A DNA stretch of 64,000 bases. Source: Dimorphilus gyrociliatus. Lineage: Eukaryota > Animalia > Annelida. The stretch's first letter is position 1. Each line of letters opens with the position of its first letter. Below, piece by piece: positions 24,366 through 39,100 of this stretch. Under the pieces are notes generated by a model. It was not told the origin of the DNA. It searched no databases and saw only the letters and a list, made by a program, of their open reading frames with translations. The translations under genes were made by a program, and so were the position numbers. The stretch is taken from contig CAJFCJ010000021.1 in the NCBI GenBank assembly GCA_904063045.1, positions 620,001-684,000 of the forward strand. The letters are read 5' to 3'.

Positions 24366-25075
24366 ATATATCTAAATACAGTATATGATTGAGGAAAGAG
24401 TAGTTTAGGAACTTATTAACTCTGATTACATTATATATTTATATATTTAAACAGGTTTCCATTTATTGTACAAAGTTATATACATGATTTAAAGTACAAG
24501 GAACGTTTCAAATACATAAAAGTAACATATTCGTTTTATATTGAATTAGAAAAGCTTTAAATTTATTACATAATCCAATCATAACTTTTATATTTCCATC
24601 AAAAACAATAGAAAAAGGAATCATCTTCTCTTCTTTCATCCTTTTTCAATTGATTGATTTATTTAAATGATGTAATATTTACAAGTGGAACAAAAGATTC
24701 ATTTTATTGCTTTTCATCTAGTTTTAAATGAAATAAAGCTACTTCTTTGATATTCTATTTTTTATTATATTTAGTGAAAATTTTAAATTACTTTCCTTTC
24801 CTATTTTTTTATGATTATTAAATGAAATCCATCAGTCCCTTATAGTTTCTTCTATATTCCCTCTCCTTTCCCTCCCACTCCCCTTCTTCCGTTCTGCTCT
24901 CCTATTTCTTAGCTTCCTTATTTTATGGATACCGCACTTTTTTTAAAAAATTAGAACTATTTTTTATCGACACCCATTTTTTTTAAAATATATATTCTAT
25001 TATTTTAAGTTATTATCTTTTATTTATTTCGTCTTACTTATTTTTCACTTATTATTATACTTTTAAAAAATATTT

Positions 25076-27417
25076 ATGCCGTCAACTGCTAAAGACTATG
25101 CAAGGTAAGGTTTGTTAACTATCTAAATTGGTTTAATAGGTTGTTTACATTGAGCGATAATACAAACAATTTTCTAATAGGCAATTAGGTATTATAAAAA
25201 AGTGCAGTTTAAAAGGCAGATCGAATCTGAGAGTATGTTCACGTAAGTTTACGATTAATCATCTTTTAAGAATTGTTTTTGTATATATTTTAATAATTGA
25301 TGGACAGGTCAAAAATTTAGTTATTTTGTTGTTATCGATTTTGAGAGTACTTGTTGGAAAGAGGAGAAATCAATTGTTCAAGAGATCAGTAAATATACTC
25401 GTATCTTTATTTTAATATATATAATACAAACAAATTATAAATAACTTAGTTGAATTTCCTGCTGTACTAATAAATTCATCAACTGGTAAAGTGGAATCAG
25501 AGTTCCACTATTATGTGCAACCGCAAGAACATCCAATTCTAAGTGATTTCTGTAAAGAATTAACAGGAATAACGCAGGTAGAGATTCGGAAAATATATAA
25601 CTTATCCATTTTATGATATACAAGAAATTTAGTTATCAATTGATTTTGATAGGCTCAAGTAGAAAGAGGAATACCATTAAGACTATGTCTCGACCTATTT
25701 TGTAAATGGATGAGGAAGATGTCAGAGGAAAAAGGATTCGTATTCGATAATCGTTTAGGGAAAAAAGCATGCGCTTTTATTACTTGGTCAGGTAATAATT
25801 AATTGAAAATAAACGAATAGTATAAAGTGTTGCATAATAAATAGAATAACATATATACATCTTTATAGATTGGGATTTAAGCGTTTGTCTACATAATGAA
25901 TGTAAGAGAAAACAGATAAGAAAACCCATCGAATTAAATAGTTGGATAGATTTAAGAAGAGTTTTTAAGGTATTTTTTTATCTTATCTTTTAACGAATAT
26001 GTCTCTGACTGTACTACAATGTTTTTTGCTATGTTTAGAGATTTTATGGGAAAACTCCCGCTGGTCTTGAAGGAGGACTAAAATATGTAGGTCTAGAGTT
26101 TCAAGGAAGACAGCACTCAGGTAATCTAGTATATTTCTTATGTCCAAACTAGTATATGTCATCTAAGCTACAGTTACAGCAATAATAATTAAGAGCACCT
26201 ATATAATTACCTATAGGTTTAGAAGATTCGAGAAATACTGCAAAATTAGCATACAAGTTAATATGTGATGGCTGCGTTTTAACTCTGACAAGAGATTCTA
26301 AAGATGTATGGCAATATTTTGTTATTATTATCAATTTACAAGAGTTTTTAATAAACTTTTTTTCCACTTGTAGATATGCGCTACTACTCTTACAACTAGA
26401 ATTATTCACTCTCCGGATGTTAGTATTGATAATAACGATGATAATAACAAGAATAATATCATTAGTTTAAGGGAGAAAGAAACAAACAATACAAGAAGTA
26501 CATATCAATGTATTAATAGAAAATTTACAGCTGTTGATAAGATCAGTTCACCAACTATTAAGAAAGATAATAATAAGCTCTTTGCAATATCCGAAAATGA
26601 ACAACGAAAGATGAAAAAGAAAATACTATTGAATCCTTTTCAAATAAAGGATAATTCAAGAGAAATTAGTAAAGAGAATAAGGAAGAAAGTGAAAAAACT
26701 GAGAAAATGACGAACAATCATGATAATGGTAATGAGAAGCTGATTACAAAAAGTCGTATTATTATTAAGACTAGAAAGTTTAGTAGACCTCAATATGAGA
26801 TAATTCAGGAAAAGATTCCTATTAAGGACGCTTCAAAAAATCAGTTATCGGAATGTAAATGGGCATTGTCGAAGACTAGAAAGATTAATGATCAATTGAA
26901 AGAAAAAGAACAATTGGGTAAAGCGTCTACACCTCAAAGAACAAATGGAACAAGTAATCAGTCCAACGAATTCAAAACGCCGAATAGTATTGTTTTAAAT
27001 ACATCGAAAAATAAGAGTAAAATGTTAAAAACGCCACCGATGTGCCAATGTGGGCGAAGAAGTAAACGTAAGTGCGTTCAAACACCCGGTCCAAATATGG
27101 GAAGGAATTTTTATACCTGTTCCTACGGAAGAAGAAGTTCAGGATCTGGTGAAGGTTGTAGTTTTTTTTCGTGGGAAGGAGAAGATAAATCTGCTACAAA
27201 CTTAAAATCGGATTCAACTTACAGTTATTCGATAAGAGAGGAATATATGTCTCCAGAAATGAAGAGGGCAAAAATGAATTTATCATCCGAGACGGTTGAT
27301 ACAAACAGAAAGGAGAAGATTATCGAAAAGAACCAAGAGAATGTTTTTAAACCAGTATTAGTTTACTCTGCAAAAAATCAATTAAAGAGTAATCTTTTAA
27401 AAAATCCGTTTTTATGA
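25076..27417 (+). CDS. ERI2: ERI2-like DEDDh 3'-5' exoribonuclease with C-terminal GRF zinc finger, 584 aa
   Basis: Exons 25076-25104, 25181-25242, 25308-25388, 25450-25577, 25653-25791, 25869-25969, 26039-26120, 26217-26305, 26374-27417 total 1755 nt, in frame. Motifs VVIDFESTCW, EIIEFPAV, FCKELTGITQ, TWSDWDL, QHSGLEDSRNTA; GRF finger PPMCQCGRRSKRKCVQTPGPNMGRNFYTC. Confidence 0.95.
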
Positions 27418-28696
27418 TTTTGTTAATTTTTAGATTAAGAAGAGAGAGAGACACTATACTATTTATAATTATGACTAAGAGATTATATGTAATTTTCCGC
27501 TTGCTTTTTAATCAATAAAAGTAATAAAAACTATATTTGAAAGATAATATCTAGATGCAAAATTAGATGAAAATTAAAAGTAAACCTATCTTGAGTGTAA
27601 ATATTTATTTAACCAAATATTGATGAGTTTTACCATTAATCCATAGTTTCTTTTTATTATAATATAAAAAGAATTAAATCCAGATTTATCAAGTATTTCT
27701 ATAAAAGAAGTTATATAGTAAGAATATTGATAATTTTCATTATTTAAAAATTTCTTTTCTTATTTCTTATTGTCAGTTTAAAGGTTTTGAAAAATTCAAA
27801 CAAGGAGCGAAAGATTATTGAACTGTTAAAATATAAAGAGAAAATGATTGCTATTTAATTATAATTATAAGCATCGTCTATTAAATTAATTGATAATTTT
27901 TGTTATTTTTCTATAAAAATACTAATTATAATTGATTTTAAATGTATAAAAAAGGAATGTTGTATGCTGCCTTTTATCTACAAATGAAGATACTTATGTA
28001 AAGTTTATGTATATATCAATTATATAATAAAAAAAGAGAATAAATGCGTTTTTTTTGTTATTTATAAACAATCACTTAAACGTTACAGAGAGTTGAAAAA
28101 CAGTTTTCTTTGTATTTATCGATTATTCATTGAATTGAACAAAAAAATATTCGATATCAAATATTTCGACTTTTAAAAATCATTCAACGTACACTGATTC
28201 CCTCTCTCTTTCCCTCTTTCTCTATCCGCTTCACTGATTTCCCGTGTCCTTGAACATTTTTTCTACTTGATAAACTCGTTCTTGCACCTTAATTTGTTCA
28301 CTCTCTCCCTCTCTCTCTCTCTACAATATCGATAGATAAGTAGAGCATTATAGGTAGTTCTCCTGTTCCAAGAAAATTCTTTTCCATTCTTCTTTCATTT
28401 TTGATTAAAAGTAGAAATTATTCTAGGTTTTTATTGATTAGATTGAATTATTATTAACGTTCAATAGTTGAATAAATGACTTTTGATGATTGTATTGTTA
28501 CTTGACAAAAAATGCATCTATTTTCAGTTGGGGAAATATTGAATAGATCTTTTGTAAATGTTATAAAATATGTAAAGAGAGATTTTACTTGTTTAAAAAT
28601 CATCTTCTTTAACATTTTACTTATAAAAAGTTTATATAATTTTTCCTTTCTTTCTTTCTTTCTTTCAAACAAGAAAAAAACAAAACCTTTTTCATT

Positions 28697-28704
28697 TGAC
28701 GTCA
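28697..28704. promoter_or_regulatory. Full CRE palindrome TGACGTCA upstream of the polycystin-1-like gene
   Basis: Exact CREB/ATF consensus 90 bp before the ATG at 28794. Confidence 0.5.
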
Positions 28705-28793
28705 TCAATCTTATTAATATTCAAAGTAGATGGTAGCGACGCAGTCATTTAAAAGAAAATTAGTACTCAGTTACCTTTAATATCAGCTAAAGA

Positions 28794-30072
28794 ATGAAAT
28801 TTGTTCAAAAACTTCACTTAATAATCTGTTTAACTTTGTTTGTCTATAACTTGAAAAATTTGTTGATAAGAGCAGCGGCAGCCAACCAAGGTAAACAAAC
28901 AAACAAACAAATATTTTTTAATATAATACTACTTTGTAAAGAAATATTAACCAATTAACTTTTACCTTTTTCTCTCCGGAGTTTAGGAAACGTTCTTTTC
29001 AATCTTCTATATAAAAAAAACTATATAGATATACACTGTATATATATTCTCTTTCATTTCTAATGCATTTAAAGAAACTGAAAGAGCCGATATTTTTCAT
29101 TGAGCACTGGTCTTTTTATTAATATTATTATTAAATGTATATGTACATGTATTCATGCTTATTCGGAAAAGAGGATTATCTTCCGTCTCTTCTAGTTTTT
29201 CCCTATTTTTTTCAGTCTTTGAAATTTAATTATAAGTTATATTTTAAATGTAAACTTTTTCATTGACTGAAAGGATCGAGGGAAAGAAAAAGAAGGGTAT
29301 GAATAATCCCTAATTAATCTATAACATTCATCTTTCAGATCCTCCTCCCACTCCCTCGTGCGACGGAGATGTCTGTACTTGTTCACAAGCAGATTATGAT
29401 CCAATAGATAACAAATGCTTGAAAGGTTTCAATCATCAATCAAACTAGTATCAATTTACTTTCTTTAAACATAAATCATCTCCCTTTTAGGGGTTGAGTT
29501 GGGTCAATCTTGTAACGAAGACAATCTTTATTGTCTGGATATAAACAGCCATTGTTTAACCACTTGTCAATGTAAAGCTGGTTTTGAGAACGTTGGAGAA
29601 GTTTGCCAAATAAGTTTGTTATTCTAAACTAATTATATAAATATTAATATCTCATTTATACATGTAAATATGCAAATATATATTAAAGGACTTCATACTG
29701 GGAGTGATCTTGCTCAACAATTCAGTGGTGGGGTTCAGCCGACAACCGAACGAAATACAATTTTCCTTCTCGAAAATTCTGTTATAAAGGCTAGCGGAAC
29801 ACTTTTGCAGTATCAGTATAAGCCTAGCTCAGGTATTACGAAATGTTTCAAAGATTTTTTATATATATTATATACAATTATTGTATATTCAATTTAGAGG
29901 GTTCTTTCACAATACAAATATGGAGGCTAATGAAAGTTATCGCTGAATCAAACTTTTATTATAAGCTGATACATGAGAATGAATTAGTGGTATCCAATCA
30001 ACAATTAAACTCAATCTCTAGTTTTACCTTAGCAACACCTATAAGGGTAAAGACATATTAATCATGCTCTCT

Positions 30073-30103
<31 letters not shown>

Positions 30104-33100
30104 GTCTTATCCTAATTATTTTCTCTGTATTAAGGTTGAAGCAAATGATATAATTGGCTATAAGACGGTAGAAAGTGCAAACATCGGAAATGTTTTATCT
30201 TATATTTCAACTGCCTGCCAATCGGATACTGAGCGCGGTCAATTATTAGCCAACTATCAAAGTTTATCACCAAATTCAGTTTTAAAATTTACTAAAAGAC
30301 AAGATTCGTCAGATTGCCAAATAAGAAAATATCCAATAAACGCAAAAATCCGACCAGGTAGTAATTAACTATTATAATTTATTCAAATTAATAAACTAAT
30401 GAATATTAATATTGTAGACGATCCTATTCATAGGGGATGTGTTAAGAGTAGAACAAGTGACGAAGATATGTCGATTTTAGTACAGAGTTCTAAATTATCA
30501 GTTGACCAATGCTCCCATTACTGCTGGAATCTGGGATATCTCTACTCCGAATTGAAATACGTAAAGAATAAGAAATATTCCACTATATATTCATGTAGAT
30601 AACAATAATTCTATTTAAATAGCCGAATATGTGTAGATGCGGTCCATTCTTTGGTACTAAAGATGATGATTCAGTCTTCGCCGCTAACATACGCTGTTCT
30701 TCATCTTGCACTAGAATCGGTTCAAATAGCAACTGGAAATGTGGAGCCAGTTCATACGCTTCAGTCTATCAATTTCCATGTACAGCATTAAATATTAATA
30801 ATTACTTAGATTTATATATTAACTAATTAATTGATTTAATTATAATCAGCAACATTTATCAATCAAAAGATTGATTCGCTATTCAATTCCGCAACTGAAT
30901 TCTATTATGGTATAAACGCCACTATTAAACAGCCGCAAGGTTCTGAGATTTGCAAAGAGGTTGGCGGTACTTTAGTAGGTGATCCTACTTTTCTAAATCA
31001 AAATGGAGGAAGTAACATGTATAGAAAATTTCATTTATATCTGACTTAAATAGTAACAATAAGTTGTAATCTTTCATTTTTTGCAATTTTCAAATGAAGA
31101 TATGTTACTGGAATTATGAAAATATATGACTTACCATCGGCCAATGGTCAAGAATCAATCCAATTACTTATGAACGAAAAAGGGAACGTTGTGAATAAGG
31201 ATAATATTGAATTTTTACCTAATAGACCAGATAATGTACAAGGAATAGAGGTATTTCAATTAACTTTTAACTAGATAGATTAATAAAACGTATTCATCAA
31301 CTCGCAGAATTGTTTAACTTTCCGAGGTAATAGCAAATATGAAGATAATAGATGCGATGAGAGTTCCGGACGTTTACTTTGTATATTTGACAAATATCCA
31401 TTTGATAATTCATTCGGTTAATTTATTATATAATTGCTTAAACTAATTAATAATTACTACGTTCATCTTTAGATACAACTCAAGAGATAACCTTATCATT
31501 CGATAATGAAATTAATACAAAGTGGGCTCAAACTGGCGGAGTAATTTCCTATGTTGAAGGCGTTATTAACAAAGCTATATCTATAACGAATAACGCATAC
31601 ATTGATATATTATACAATCGTTTGAGTTGTTTTGATCTTCCGGCTCAATGCCAATCAGGATTCTCGTTTATGTTTTTCATGAAATTACTATCCACAAAAG
31701 ATCAAATAATATTTGGATTAAGTTCAGATACCGGAAATATGAAAACAATAAAACTGCTATACATCAGCCAACAATTGAAATTATCTTATCCAACAGTCGG
31801 AAATCTGGAGACAACTATATCATTAATATCAAGCACGGATTTCACTGCTTGGAATCATTTGGCAATCATTCAGAGTGTTTGTAAATTGATATTTTTTATA
31901 TTAATGTTATAAATAGGAGGGAAAAAAGTACTTTTGTCAATTTGTTTGTTTTCGTTTTCTACTTTATAGATCAATGGACAAACAATAATATGGAAAGTGT
32001 ACGTTAATGGGGAACTCTTGCAAACAGTAAATATAGGATTGGTCGAAATGACAAATTTTATAGGTATTAGATACGGTAGATCTATTAATGACCAAAACCT
32101 TCAATATAATTCTGATATCTATTTGGACGAGTTAAAAATATCAAATAGATTACTTCTTGACGATAATATCTATAGAGAATACGGTAAATACTATATTAAG
32201 ATAATTCAATTGAATTGAATGATTGAATGAATGAATAAATATATTTTTTGTTTTATTATAGAAAAAGCTGCTTTAAAATTAAACAATGAAATGACTTTTA
32301 AAGTATCAAAAGAACTGTTGGAATTAAATAATAGAAATGTTGAAATTTCACTTGGTATTCAAGATATTGGCTATAAATTTAATAGTATTCAATCCGGTTT
32401 AAAAGCTCAAATAGCAAGTGTCTGCAATTCATTATGTACTAATGGTTTTACTTTATCAATTTGGTTGAGGATAAGACAACCAATATCCAATTATAATATA
32501 TTAAAAAATGAAGGCAATGGATTTCAATTAAAGTACATTTCTTATTATTTATATATTCACACACGTATTTAATGTATATTTTACATATATTTTCATCATT
32601 TCTTAGATATTTAGTATCAAGTAATAAGTTTCAATTAAAGAATAAAATCGGAAATTTTATAACAAATGCAGAATTTTCACTTCCATTTGATAGTTGGTTT
32701 CACTTGGCTTGGAAATCTCATAGACAATTTGGAACATATGTCTTCCTGAATTCAAAACAAATTAAGAATGTTCAATTTGTACAAGATCAATCCAATACAC
32801 CGTCTACTTCCGATACAACAAACTTTAATAGTTTAGTTATTGGAGAAGAAACTAGTAGTAGATGTCAACAAGGTTGGGAAAAGTATGGTGAAAAATGTCT
32901 TTATGTTTCAAAGACGAAATTTAATTATAAAAGAGCAGAGATTTTTTGTAAACACAAAGAGTCTATACTGCTCAGAATATCTAGTTTGGAGGAACATAAA
33001 TTCGTGAAATCTCTTATGATGTAAGTTCATTACATTCTCTTCTTAAATATAATAGTCTATTGTTATTTTTAATTAAGACTGAAAGGTATTTCACATATAT

Positions 33101-36100
33101 GGTTTGGTTTAACTGTAAGTGGTCCTGATAATAATACATGGACTTATGATGGTATAAAACCTAATTATATTCCTCCTGATCGAAATCCATCTATGGATGA
33201 ACGTTATGGAAAATTATCAAAATCAGATACGGATCTACACGATTCTGACTATAAAGATAGTTATCATATTATTTGTGAAAAGCCTCTTTCTATTAAGCCT
33301 ACAAATGGTTTGTTTTTATCATGCAGTTACTTCATTCTATCTTAATATAGTTATTAAATCACTCTTCTTTTCGTAAAAACGCAAAATTACAGATAGAGAT
33401 GAAGCTTTACCCAATTGGAAACACTTTAATGGATTCTTTTATTATATTTCAACATTTTCATCGTCTAGAATGGAAGCTATTGAAAAATGTAACAACTATT
33501 CGTCCAATCTTGTTTCCATACTCTTCGAGAGAGAATATGAATATTTAAATAATCAATTAAAAGGGTATGTAAACAGTACATTCATTTATATACTTAATTA
33601 GGCTTATAAGAGAGAGATAATGTTTTTCAGTAAAGGATCTTTCTTTATTGGTATGGACTTTAATGCTAACGCTAACAAGTACTTTTGGAAAGATGGTAGT
33701 CCAGTTACTGCTGAGAATATTAATTATATAAACTTGGAAGGTTCAAATGGACCAAATATTCTACTGGAATGTAACTCTGGACAAAATTGCTCTATTGTTA
33801 AAAGCTCATTAGAACAAGCACGATTTATTTGTAAAAGAAAAGAAAGAGTATTAAATAGAGGTGGTTGTAACTTTGGAGATTATTCTTTCAATGGACGATG
33901 TCTATCAGTTATTCAAGAAGCTGGAAAATATTATGATATTGTTAAAAAATGTAATTTATTGGGTGGTGAAGCTGTTTCTCTGACTAATCAGGAAGATGTT
34001 CCGGCTCTCGAATCTATTATGATCGCTCTTAATCAAAGTAATGCTGTTGTTACAAATTGAGAAACTTTTTATAATGATATACTTAACCATTTTTAGACGG
34101 AAAGTCATTCTATATCGGAGGTCATAGAACTGTTTCAGGAGGTGATTACTACTGGATAACTGGCGAGATTGTAACATCTATAAATCTAAGAGATGAGGGT
34201 TCCTCACCGTCTTTCTGTAGCATAGCTAAATTATCCAATGACAATACTATGTACATGGAAAGCTTATGTAATAATGAAGATGGATTATTATGCGAATACG
34301 GTATGATATTTCATATGTGTTTATCATGTGTTTCTATTATCTGATTTACTATCTACATAGATGCTGGAACGGTTATGGAAATGGACGACCTTAGACTTTA
34401 TTCTTCAGCTTTACCCGATACAGATATCACCAACATCTATAAGGAACAAAGTTGAAACATTAACGAATCGAATAATAATTGCAAAGCTAAAATATTTCTT
34501 ATTTACTATTTTAGATGCCAACTTGAAAATATTAAAAATACCTTGCAGTACAAAGTTGACGGATAATACGGTCAGAGGTCAAAAGATAAGTGGATCTGGA
34601 AAAAGTTATATAGATATTGCAGCTACGTCAAAGTTAATTTACGATTCATCTATAATGAAGGATGTTCTAGATATTAAAGATAGTGAATTTATTAAATATA
34701 CTATTGATTCAAATTGGAATGCTTGTTTGATGAGTTTAAGCAGTTGTCTTGGTGGTTTTTCAATTGGTTTTTGGGTCAAATTTATGGGAAATAAACCACT
34801 GTTTCAATTGTTATCCATTAGAAATCAACTAACAATTTCTGTTGAGACCACTCTAAATATTAAGTATATATGCTTATTAATTAATCTAAATAGGTGGATA
34901 CATTACTAATAAATATACGTCTTCGATAGATATCTAAATTTGGTTATTAATGAATTGAATATAAATGAAAAAGCTTTTCTTCCAACTGTAAACGATTGGT
35001 TCTATCTATCAATTGCTTATCACTTAAATCATGGATTGGATGTTTATGCTAATACGCATAAGATTTTATCAAGTCCTACTCCAGTAGCTTCAGCGGGTGC
35101 ATTCGCCCCAGGAGCTTATTTACAAATTGGCGGAGAACTACCAATGAGACTAAGAGATTTTATGTTTCAAACAAACTTTTGGAATGAAAAGATAATTTTT
35201 GATGAAGTTTGTAAGTGAAATATTACAGAATATCTTTGCTTTTCCTTGTATCAATTCGTAAAAAGAATAAATTTTATCTTTTAATAGATTCATTAAAACG
35301 ATTATGGAATGAGAACTTTAATAGTCAACTCGCAGGTAGTTCAGCAGTATTGGAAGAACATAATCTAATATTTGGAAAGTCTTTAAGAATGTCCCCAAGT
35401 GATCAGAGTTATATTATAACTACAGACCAATATGCTAATTGTTTAACGAACTTTGGTAATAAACAAATAATAAGGAGAAAACAACATCTTAATTATTTTC
35501 CTTTTAGATAATTGCCAGAATGGAATAACAATATCTTTCTTTATGTTTTGGAAGGAGTTTACTCAAACATTCCTTAGATTCTATATAAATAAAGGAAATA
35601 ATAACTTCTTACTGAGTATTATTGGAACAGGAAACAATTTCAAATTAACTATTCCTGGTCGAATGGCGTCTATTAATATACCAAGTAGTATTAGCAAACT
35701 TAAATGGTATCTCTACGTCTTTACAATCGATTTTAAAACGAATACTTTCCTGTTATACATCGATGGGATTAGATACGAAATGACTTCAGTATTTTCTGAT
35801 CATTCATTCGATCCAACACATTTTAGTCAAATTCAAATTTCACCTCCTGAGGAAAGTCTACTAATTGATGAATTAAGAATTCATAACAATATCGTTGGTG
35901 ATTGGAGTTACGCTATTCGTTAGTATCTTATTAGAATTTTGTTCAATATAATAATATATATATTTTCTCATTCAGCTTTTAAATCATGCTATGAATACTA
36001 CGAGAATGGAATACTAACTAATGGTGATTATTACATAGATCCAGATGGTATAGAGAGTCCTTCACAACCAGTACTTGTCACTTGCGAAATGGACAATAAT

Positions 36101-39100
36101 AGGGTTCAAAGTCAATTTGCGCATGACAGGAATGCTAAATTATTTATTAATCCATCTGTAATGCAAGTGGACAATGAAGGAAACGCAAAAATTTTATTAA
36201 ATTATCAACTGGATACTAAAGTTTTAAGAGAAATTATTAAATCTTCTGTTCAATGTTATCAACAGCTAACTTTTGAATGTTCAGGTATCATATTTACAAT
36301 ATAGTATTCATATACTATATTGTTCTCACAAAATAAATCTTTACCTAAATAATTATAGGAACTCAGAATCCTGTAAGAATGATGAGACAGTCTATTGAAG
36401 AAACTACTATCGATTTTTGGAAGTCAACTCCAAAAGAAACGTCAACAATTCAATGTTCAACTGGTCAAAATTTCATTCAGAATACAGTTTTAAAAGCAAA
36501 AGATCAACTACCTATAACATCGGTAGTTATACAAGGAATTGAATCAAATTCAGGCGAACAAATATGGTCTGTTGGACCCTTAGTTTGTCAAGGACCTGGT
36601 ATACTATTAATTAATTGTTAATTTAATAATTTGATCATTTTTTTCTATTTAAATAGATAAAAGAGGCATTAAATTTGCCTTTAATAAACCAGACTTTAGT
36701 AATATAATAACTGAAGAGGGAATGCAAATATCATCTGGACAATCGGATGGACTAATTCAAACTTATACATCTGAATCTATCAATAAAGATGTACTACTTG
36801 TTATTGGAAAAGAAATTACCATAGAAGGGTTTCATACAAGTTCTTGTTTTTTAAATAAATCCAATTGTAATTATGGATTTAGTATAAATCTTAATATAAA
36901 CATTCAAAATATGGAGGATTCATTTTCAATATTTTCAAGTCCTCTATTGAAAATCCAATGCAGTCCTCAACCCTTCAATATCCATCAATTAACTTGTGTA
37001 GTTTCAATATCTACCTTCAATTTAGAATTTACAGTTTTATCCTATAGATGGATTTCAATAGGTGTTCTATGGAAAAACGTTGATACAGGTAACATTTTCG
37101 ATCCTAATTCTTTGTTATTTGATTTTACAAGTTATTTATTTATGTAGAAACGGCGAAAGTTTATTTAAATGGTTTTGAATTGGCAACGACCCCTTCTTCT
37201 ATAAGTATTGATAGAAGTTCAAATGAGAAGGTTGTCATTGGTTCAGCTAGTTCAATTAAAAATCAAATACTAATTGAATCATTAATTCTATACGAAACTT
37301 TTGTTGAAAAATCAAAATATGAGGAAAAATTTCCAAGATTTCAACTAAATTACAACTTTTTTATGGACAGAGTTGTTGAGATAAGAGGTCAAAGTAACTA
37401 TATTGTTCCATCGAAAGATAATAAAGACCCTTACTTTACTATAATAACCGATAATCCAATGTCTCTTATGGCTAAATTAGATAACAATATAAATGGCATA
37501 AAATTAACTGATGGAGCGTTAACGGCATATTTTTATAAGGAATGTATAGTTAATTTAGAAGCTTGTAATCGTGGCTTTAGTTTAGGATTTTGGTTCATTA
37601 CAAATTTCAGAGCGAATAGAAAGATAACTGTTCTAAACTTTGGCAGTAACTTTAAAATAAGTATCATCTTTGAAACAACCACAAAAATAGAAGTTGCATT
37701 AACAGAGGTTAATTGATTGTCCATATTTTTTGCTATATATTAATATATATATATATATCGGTATATACATTTATTTTATATTAACTATAGAATGACGGTT
37801 CAAATATAATCAAAATGGCTCCTATAAGTTTTAGCCATTGGTCACATATTGGAGTTGTGTATGATAAATCAATGAATGGAGCAGTAAGACTCTATGTAAA
37901 TGGTGAAAATATTGTATCTAGCTCAACGGGCAGGAGGAAAAGGTCAGCGTCTTCCAATTCACAACAAAACATTCCTAGCGAAGTAGTTATAGGATCAAAG
38001 GAGTCTTCTACTAGAATGCCATTTATAATTGATGATGTAATATTTAAAGATGACATCGTAGACTTCAATGAAGTCTATAATTCTCCAGGTAAATCAATTC
38101 AGTATCTTATTTCATAAATAAGTGTGACCTGTATAACATTATTCTAGGATTTCAACGGTCCAGTTCCTCGAGTACATCTTCTACAAGTGGATTCATTAGA
38201 AGAATTCTATTTAACGAATTTGAAGAATCTTCACAAACTATTCCGTTATATCCTAAACCAGCAAGTGGCTCGTTACCGAATGGAGCTGTTAAAACAAATG
38301 ACTATATCTCGTTGAACGGTGAAAATCAATACATTAGCACAACGACATCGTGGAATTCTGATTGTATAACAAATCCTTCGACTTGTGGTAACGGATTTGC
38401 ATTAGCTTTTGAATTTAAATTTGATGAAATAACTAGCCAAGATCAATATTTTCTAACATTGGGAAGTTCTGGTATTAATGAAAATGGTCTAGTTTTTGGC
38501 TTTTTACCAACTGATGATACGCTACCATTTAGAAGGCATTTTACTATAATATATAAAGATCGTTATAAAAAGCATTCGATATGGTTTGATGGTGAAAAAG
38601 ATACTTGGTATAATATGTTTATATCAAAAAGTAGCTCTATCTCTTCGGGATTAACGGTTTTTCTAAACGATCAAAAATTAACGAAAAATATCTTAACCGA
38701 AAATCTACAAGGTTCACAGACCGAAATACGAAGTTGCATTATTGGTAAACATGATAAGGAAAACAAGAATTTTGCAAAGATATCGATAAGAACATTTACG
38801 TTTTGGTCTCATAGCGCAGACCATCCATGGGGTAAATAAGAAATTGAATAAAGTTTTCTTTAAATATAACACCTTTATTAATTGATTCCTCTTTTCTCTT
38901 CTTCCCTATAAATGTAGACAATAACATTTGGCTTTCTATAAGCTTAACAAAATTAACTGAATATTTTGCTTACTTTCCAATGTCTGGAGGAAAACGATGT
39001 CAGGACATGTGTAAGAACAACGACGCTTGTCTATCATTTAGTATAAGAGGCATCCACTGTTATCTATCAACTAAGACACGAACTCAGCTGACAGCCTTAA

